Assembly (NCBI GenBank): GCA_963758295.1
Contig: CAVWUU010000004.1
Span: 608,001-672,000 of the forward strand
From: Candidatus Eremiobacteria bacterium
GTDB lineage: Bacteria; Vulcanimicrobiota; Vulcanimicrobiia; Vulcanimicrobiales; Vulcanimicrobiaceae
DNA: 64,000 nucleotides
Reading direction: 5' to 3'
Made by a program: the position numbers and the translations under genes. Shown here one piece after another: positions 59,274 to 64,000 of the stretch (positions within the stretch are counted from its first letter, which is position 1; each line of letters starts with the position of its first letter). The notes under the pieces were generated by a model. The model searched no databases. It saw nothing but the letters and a program-made list of their open reading frames with translations, and was not told where the DNA came from.

Positions 59274-60036
59274 CGCCTTTCAACGCGAGCAGTTCCGGAA
59301 TCGTAACGAAGCGGTAGCCTTCGCGCTTTAATTCGCTCACGATCAATTCCGTCGCCGCGATGTCGGCCGTGCGATCGCAGACGTGAAGGTTGGCTTTTTT
59401 GCGGCTGCACAGAAGACCGCGATTGCCGTCGTGAAGCACGATGATCGAACCGTCGCGCACGTACGGCAGAATGCGTTTTGCAATCACGCTCGCGGGCGGA
59501 TACTCCCAATCACGTGCCAGCGGAACCGACCACATTACCGGCGTGTAGCCAAGGTGGCGCGCCTGATCGAGCACAAGCCAGTCTCGCGAACCGTACGGCG
59601 GGCGCATGATATGCGTGTGCACGCCGGCGGCCGAGTAAATCGCGTCGTCGGTTCGCTTCAGGGTTTTGCGCAATTGATCGGGCGTAAGAACGATCAGGTG
59701 ATCGTGTTGCCAAGTATGATTGCCGATCGCGTTGCCGTCGCGCAGCTCGCGCCGCACGACCGATGGATACGCCGTTACGGCTTGGCCCACAAGGAAAAAC
59801 GTCGCGTGCACGTGTTCGCGTTCGAGCACGTCGAGGATCTGTGAAGTGTACGGGGGGTTGGGCCCGTCGTCGTACGTTAGCGCGACCACGCGCTCGTTGG
59901 CGGGCCCGCTTACCACCGTCTTTCCGAAAAGCTGATTGCTCGGATTCTCAGAAATTTCGTACGTTACGAAAGCGATGAGTCCGCAAATGAGCGCAACGAG
60001 GCCCCACCGGACGGCTCCGCGCACCGCGATGACCAT
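59242..60036 (-). CDS. Polysaccharide deacetylase (CE4/NodB), membrane-anchored
   Basis: LTYDDGP, ATFF, GNHTWQH, RPPYG, IIVLHD. Confidence 0.95.
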   Translation of the reverse strand: MVIAVRGAVRWGLVALICGLIAFVTYEISENPSNQLFGKTVVSGPANERVVALTYDDGPNPPYTSQILDVLEREHVHATFFLVGQAVTAYPSVVRRELRDGNAIGNHTWQHDHLIVLTPDQLRKTLKRTDDAIYSAAGVHTHIMRPPYGSRDWLVLDQARHLGYTPVMWSVPLARDWEYPPASVIAKRILPYVRDGSIIVLHDGNRGLLCSRKKANLHVCDRTADIAATELIVSELKREGYRFVTIPELLALKGAMHTPSPGSE

Positions 60037-60039
60037 AAA

Positions 60040-60693
60040 CTAGAGCTTGTTCTGCGCGGCCGAGGCGCGAGCGCGCGACACTTTGTCGCGGAATGACGGC
60101 GGTCCGAAAGTCCGGAAATCGTCAACGATCTTTTGGTAACGCGGGTCGGCGAGCGACGTGCTCTGCAGCTTCAGCAGATCGTTCGGCTTCGTTTTGGAGA
60201 GATTGATGTTGAACTGACGCCCCGCCATCGTCGCCCAATAATGCGGATCGGTAAAGGTCACGGTGCGCTCGCCTTGTTTGAAATCGGCAAGCTGCTTGAC
60301 GTAGACCGTATAGTGAATGCTCGTGTTGCCCCGCGGCGGCTGATTCACCATCTGCCAGATGCCATCTTCATCGAGTGAACCAAAGAAAAAGCTTACGTCG
60401 TACATTTGCTTCGGAGGCGCAGTTATCGTCAATTGCCTTCCCGCATAGGTGCGAATGCGGTAGGTGAACGTCGATACGCCCTCGAGGTCTTTCATGTTGT
60501 ACTCTTCTTCGTAAATCGGGGGCTTGTCGTACCGGATTAGCAATCGCGCATAGAGCTGGCTCGGCGCATGCTGCGCGCGCGAAACCGTGTTGACGCGAGA
60601 AAATTCGGTCCGTCCGTAGTAAACACGCCAGCCGATGATGGCCATGACGATCGCAACGATAACAATGAACGCGGTGGTAGGAAAGCGGCGCAT
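60040..60693 (-). CDS. Hypothetical membrane-anchored protein
   Basis: N-terminal TM helix; operonic with rnhA and the deacetylase gene. Confidence 0.8.
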   Translation of the reverse strand: MRRFPTTAFIVIVAIVMAIIGWRVYYGRTEFSRVNTVSRAQHAPSQLYARLLIRYDKPPIYEEEYNMKDLEGVSTFTYRIRTYAGRQLTITAPPKQMYDVSFFFGSLDEDGIWQMVNQPPRGNTSIHYTVYVKQLADFKQGERTVTFTDPHYWATMAGRQFNINLSKTKPNDLLKLQSTSLADPRYQKIVDDFRTFGPPSFRDKVSRARASAAQNKL

Positions 60694-60703
60694 GATGGGC
60701 GAG

Positions 60704-61147
60704 CTACGAAGACGACGCCGAAGCTTCGTGGTCTAGCACTTCGTTCACCACGCGGTCTGCGAGCGCGTTATCCTTACGGCGAACGTGCGCGACGTCGACG
60801 TGTTCGAATTTGTTGAGCAGCGCCCGCGCGCGCCGGAACAGCGGCTGCAGTCCCTCATGCTTCACGCGGTACTCTCCGCGCAGCTGCTTGACGACGAGTT
60901 CCGAATCCATGCGCACGGCAAGGCGATTGATGCCGCGCTCCGCGGCGCGCTCCAGCCCGATGCAAAGGGCGGTCCATTCGGCGACGTTGTTGGTGGCGCG
61001 ACCCAAGAAGAGGCCTACGGTGTCCACGATCTCGCCCGAGGGGTCGACCAAGACCGCTCCGCTGGCGGCGGGCCCCGGATTTCCTCTCGATCCGCCGTCG
61101 GCGTACAGCGTGGCGTCATGGGGCAGACGGTCGAAGAGCGTGGTCAT
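60704..61147 (-). CDS. rnhA: Ribonuclease HI (archaeal/actinobacterial-like RNase H family)
   Basis: Start reassigned to ATG 61147; YADGGSRGNPGPA, TNNVAE, DSELVVKQ, HVRR..N..AD. Confidence 0.93.
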   Translation of the reverse strand: MTTLFDRLPHDATLYADGGSRGNPGPAASGAVLVDPSGEIVDTVGLFLGRATNNVAEWTALCIGLERAAERGINRLAVRMDSELVVKQLRGEYRVKHEGLQPLFRRARALLNKFEHVDVAHVRRKDNALADRVVNEVLDHEASASSS

Positions 61148-61226
61148 TCCCGCGGATGGTTCCTCGCAAGCGGCGGCTACTCTTCTCCCGTGAAGACCGG
61201 GCAAGAAAGGGTATAGACCAAGCGAT

Positions 61227-61571
61227 ATGCGTAAGAAACTGTTCTCGACTCTCGCGGCCTTCGCGGCAACTGCCGCATTGACGTTCCCGCAAATCGCTAT
61301 GGCCGCGAGCACGTTCTACGGCATCACGGTCCACGTTTCGACCAGCAACATCAAGGTTCAGGACCCGAAGACCAAGCAGACGCTCAGCTTCGCCATCGTT
61401 CCGAAATTCGACCAGATTTTCTCGGCCGACGGCAAGACGACGTATCAGATGAAAGCAGTCAAAGCCGGCCAGTACGTCGGCGTCATTTACGACCAGAAGG
61501 CGCTCGGCATCCGGCATGCCGACAAAATTTTTCTGCTCAACAACGCCAACGAGAAAATCGGCAAACAATAG
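61227..61571 (+). CDS. Small exported hypothetical protein
   Basis: Signal peptide ending AMA; OB-like beta pattern; has its own terminator. Confidence 0.8.
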   Translation: MRKKLFSTLAAFAATAALTFPQIAMAASTFYGITVHVSTSNIKVQDPKTKQTLSFAIVPKFDQIFSADGKTTYQMKAVKAGQYVGVIYDQKALGIRHADKIFLLNNANEKIGKQ

Positions 61572-61594
61572 ATCCCTTGCCGTAAAGGGCTTAA

Positions 61595-61622
61595 GGCTGC
61601 CGGCTTTCCGGCGGCCTTTTTT
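61595..61622 (+). terminator. Intrinsic terminator
   Basis: GGCTGCCGG-CTTT-CCGGCGGCC followed by T6. Confidence 0.85.
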
Positions 61623-61732
61623 AAATTCCTCGGACGTCTTTTGACGATAAGCAGGCTACCACTTGGCATGGTAACCTTAGAACTTCCGGAATCATCCTAC
61701 CTCTGCTTTCTACGCCAGGTGCGAGGTGACAC

Positions 61733-63569
61733 ATGACGAGGAATCGTTTTTGGTCTTTCCGGTCGGTCCCAGCCCTCGTTGCAGCCGCGCTTCTTGTAAG
61801 CGCCTGCAGCGGTGGAGCGGGTGGTTCTCATAGCGCCCTTCCCCAAACGCAACTCTCCAATGCTCCCGGCGCCACTGGAATGGCGATTCGGTCGGCCGAG
61901 GCTCGCCGCGAGGGAGCCGACACGAAGGGCCGCGATTCGACGATGTCCGTGCGCGCCTTAGCGGTGACGCCGTCGAACACGACGTCGGCCGAGCCGCCCG
62001 TTACGCGTCCGCACGAGACGCCGTGCACCGTTCAGTTATTTTCGAATTTTCAATTCACGAACTTCAACTATCCGCAGTTCCAGTACGCGCCGCCGGCAAA
62101 CTGTCCGGGCCCCTGGGCAAAAGTCGTTCTGAGCGCTGACTTTGCAGTCACCGCCGGACGTCAATTCGACCGCACCGGTTCCATCTGGATCGGCGGAACA
62201 AACGTCTACTTCGGAACGACGGCCGAGCCGTCGGCGAATCTTGGCCCGACATGGCACGTCGAGCGCGATCTGACGGATCTTACTTCCCTGCTCGAACGGT
62301 CTTCCACGGGCGAAGTCGTGCTCGGCAACATCGTCGACAGCACGTACACCGGCGTCATCTCGGCCAGCGCAACGTTGGAATTCTATCCGGCGTCAGCAAG
62401 TTATCCGGCCGCGAATGCGCCGGACAACGTCTATCCGCTTTCCGGTGGACCGCTCGGCGACAACCAGTACATCAGCTCGCAAAATCAACCGCTGACCGCA
62501 ACGTACACGTTCCCGCAAAATGTGCGCGCAGCGTACCTCGACGTGTTCTTGCAATCGCAAATCGGCGATGAGTTCTGGTATACGTGCTTCCCGAACGATC
62601 TAGCCGCGAAGCTGAACAACTGCGGCAATACCGCGTTCCGCGAGGGCGACGTCGCCATCGACGGCAAGCCGGCCGGCGTTGCGCCGATCTATCCGTGGAT
62701 TTACACGGGTGGTATCGATCCGTATCTATGGCGGCCGATTCCGGGCATCGAAACGTTGAACTTCAAACCGTATCGCGTGAATCTCACGCCGTTCGCAGGC
62801 ATTCTGAGCGACGGCAACCCCCATACGGTTACGGTCAACGTCTTCAACAACGGAAACTACTTCGCTGCAAACGGCACCCTGTACGTGTATCTCGATCATG
62901 GCTCGAAACAGGTTACGGGCGGCCTGATCAGCGACTCTACGACGCTGTATCCGACACCGGTCGTTACCGAAGGTGTGGTCTTCGACAAGAGCGGCAACGC
63001 AAAGGGACCGATCGGCGTGAGTTCAACGCATACGGTTGCGATCGACGGCTACGTGAACACGTCTGCCGGCCGCGTGGAGACGCAGATCAATCAAACGATC
63101 CGCTTCTCCAACAATCAGCAGGTCGTATCGACGTCATCGGCGTTCGACCAAAACATCAAGCAAGATACGACCGTAACGTCGACCACCACGACGATCTCCG
63201 GTCCGGGCGAACGCGTGACGGATCGCGCCCAAAAAGACTGGCCGCTTACGCTCGTGTACGACTACACGGTGAATGCGGACGGCAGTGCGGTGCAGTTTGC
63301 ATCGGTGTCGCAAGGCAAACACGAACAATTCAGCGGCCATGTAACGGGTGGCGGAAGCGCCGTTCCGTGCGTCGCTCGATGAAACGGACACGGCTCAGGA
63401 TACGCTGACGTTCCCGGCTGCGGGCGGCGACACGCCGTCTAACGGCAAGAGCGAACAAACCTATTCTGCGAACAATAGCCTCGGCTACTGTTACAACAAG
63501 GACGTTGCTTCGGTGAACTACTTGATCACCCGCAACTCCGGCGGCTTCTGCGGGGACAGCTCGCACTAG
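61733..63569 (+). CDS. Peptide:N-glycosidase A (PNGase A / acidic PNGase) family lipoprotein; frameshift near the 3' end (~63346)
   Basis: VSAC lipobox; GRQFDR, FGTTAEP, W.VERD.T, DEFWY, AFRE..V.IDG..AG..P.YPWIYTGG..P.LWRPI, NLTPF...L.DG..H. Confidence 0.9.
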
Positions 63570-63594
63570 TTCTTTTCCACGATGGATCAACGAA

Positions 63595-63627
63595 GGCTAC
63601 TCGCTTCGGCGGGTGGCCTTTTTCTTT
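63595..63627 (+). terminator. Intrinsic terminator
   Basis: GGCTACTCGC-TTCG-GCGGGTGGCC followed by TTTTTCTTT. Confidence 0.85.
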
Positions 63628-63782
63628 CGCAGCGGCGCCCGCCTTTTGTCTATGTAACCGGCGATCTAGACAAGCCGTGCAACCCGCGAAAAGCGCGTTG
63701 CCACCGCCGCCTCCTGCGGCTGCAATCAGTACGCGCATCGTGCGGTAACCTCTCATTGGTCGCTCGTTCGAATCACGGGGCG

Positions 63783-63825
63783 ATAAAGACAAAAACGAAG
63801 CCGTTGGCTCCGTTTTTGTCTTTAT
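63783..63825. repeat. 15 bp perfect inverted repeat immediately 3' of tRNA-Pro (terminator-like)
   Basis: ATAAAGACAAAAACG (63783-63797) / CGTTTTTGTCTTTAT (63811-63825). Confidence 0.85.
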
Positions 63826-63902
63826 GGTCGGGCTGACTGGATTCGAACCAGCGACCTCTTGACCCCCAGTCAAGCGCGCTAACCAAGCTGCGCTACAGCC
63901 CG
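63825..63902 (-). tRNA. tRNA-Pro (anticodon GGG)
   Basis: CGGGCTGTAGCGCAGCTTGGTTAGCGCGCTTGACTGGGGGTCAAGAGGTCGCTGGTTCGAATCCAGTCAGCCCGACCA folds into a cloverleaf; CCA is encoded. Confidence 0.98.
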
Positions 63903-63914
63903 ATACCGGACGGT

Positions 63915-63943
63915 AGTATAACAGGCAGACGAGAGGCTCGCAA
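63915..63943 (-). promoter_or_regulatory. Sigma70-type promoter of tRNA-Pro
   Basis: TTGCGA-17 nt-TATACT, ending 12 nt upstream of the mature 5' end. Confidence 0.8.
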
Positions 63944-64000
63944 TTACTCTAGAGCCTGCCGCCCGCAAGTACTTTCTAACGGCGGCCGCTTTTTTTGGCG

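Noticed and set aside
63630..63902. Prophage or genomic island integrated at tRNA-Pro
   Set aside because: No integrase, and I saw no direct repeat of the tRNA 3' end in the window

Overview
This is a GC-rich chromosomal window from a diderm bacterium. The style of the lipoproteins and the TonB-dependent receptor suggests Candidatus Eremiobacterota/Vulcanimicrobiota, which is an inference only. The main feature is a ~29 kb glycan-foraging locus (10.7-39.6 kb). It encodes two GH29 fucosidases, a FadR/GntR regulator, a non-phosphorylative L-fucose pathway with a sugar ABC transporter, GH3, a sodium:solute symporter, GH20, GH92 fused to a YVTN propeller, a TonB-dependent receptor plus a non-SusD lipoprotein, a GH5_18-like beta-mannosidase and CutC. 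A shared CATCCGATG operator sits at both the fucose promoter and the receptor promoter. A PNGase A-family lipoprotein at 61.7 kb would complete a plant-type N-glycan stripping toolkit. A 23-24 nt REP-like palindrome (GTCATCCTGAGCTTGTCGAAGGA family) occurs about 27 times. It forms two differently built tandem arrays, supplies the stop codons of two convergent genes, and sits in frame inside one fucosidase gene. The rest is housekeeping and accessory genes: RND efflux, aspartyl protease, LptD-like protein, solA, PadR/HAAS pair, c-di-GMP enzymes, SNF2 helicase, S53 protease, transporters, rnhA and tRNA-Pro(GGG). Several microproteins fall below the ORF-track length cutoff. Six single-base frameshifts in otherwise intact genes are probably assembly indels. 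All protein calls come from motif recognition by eye; no database search was run.
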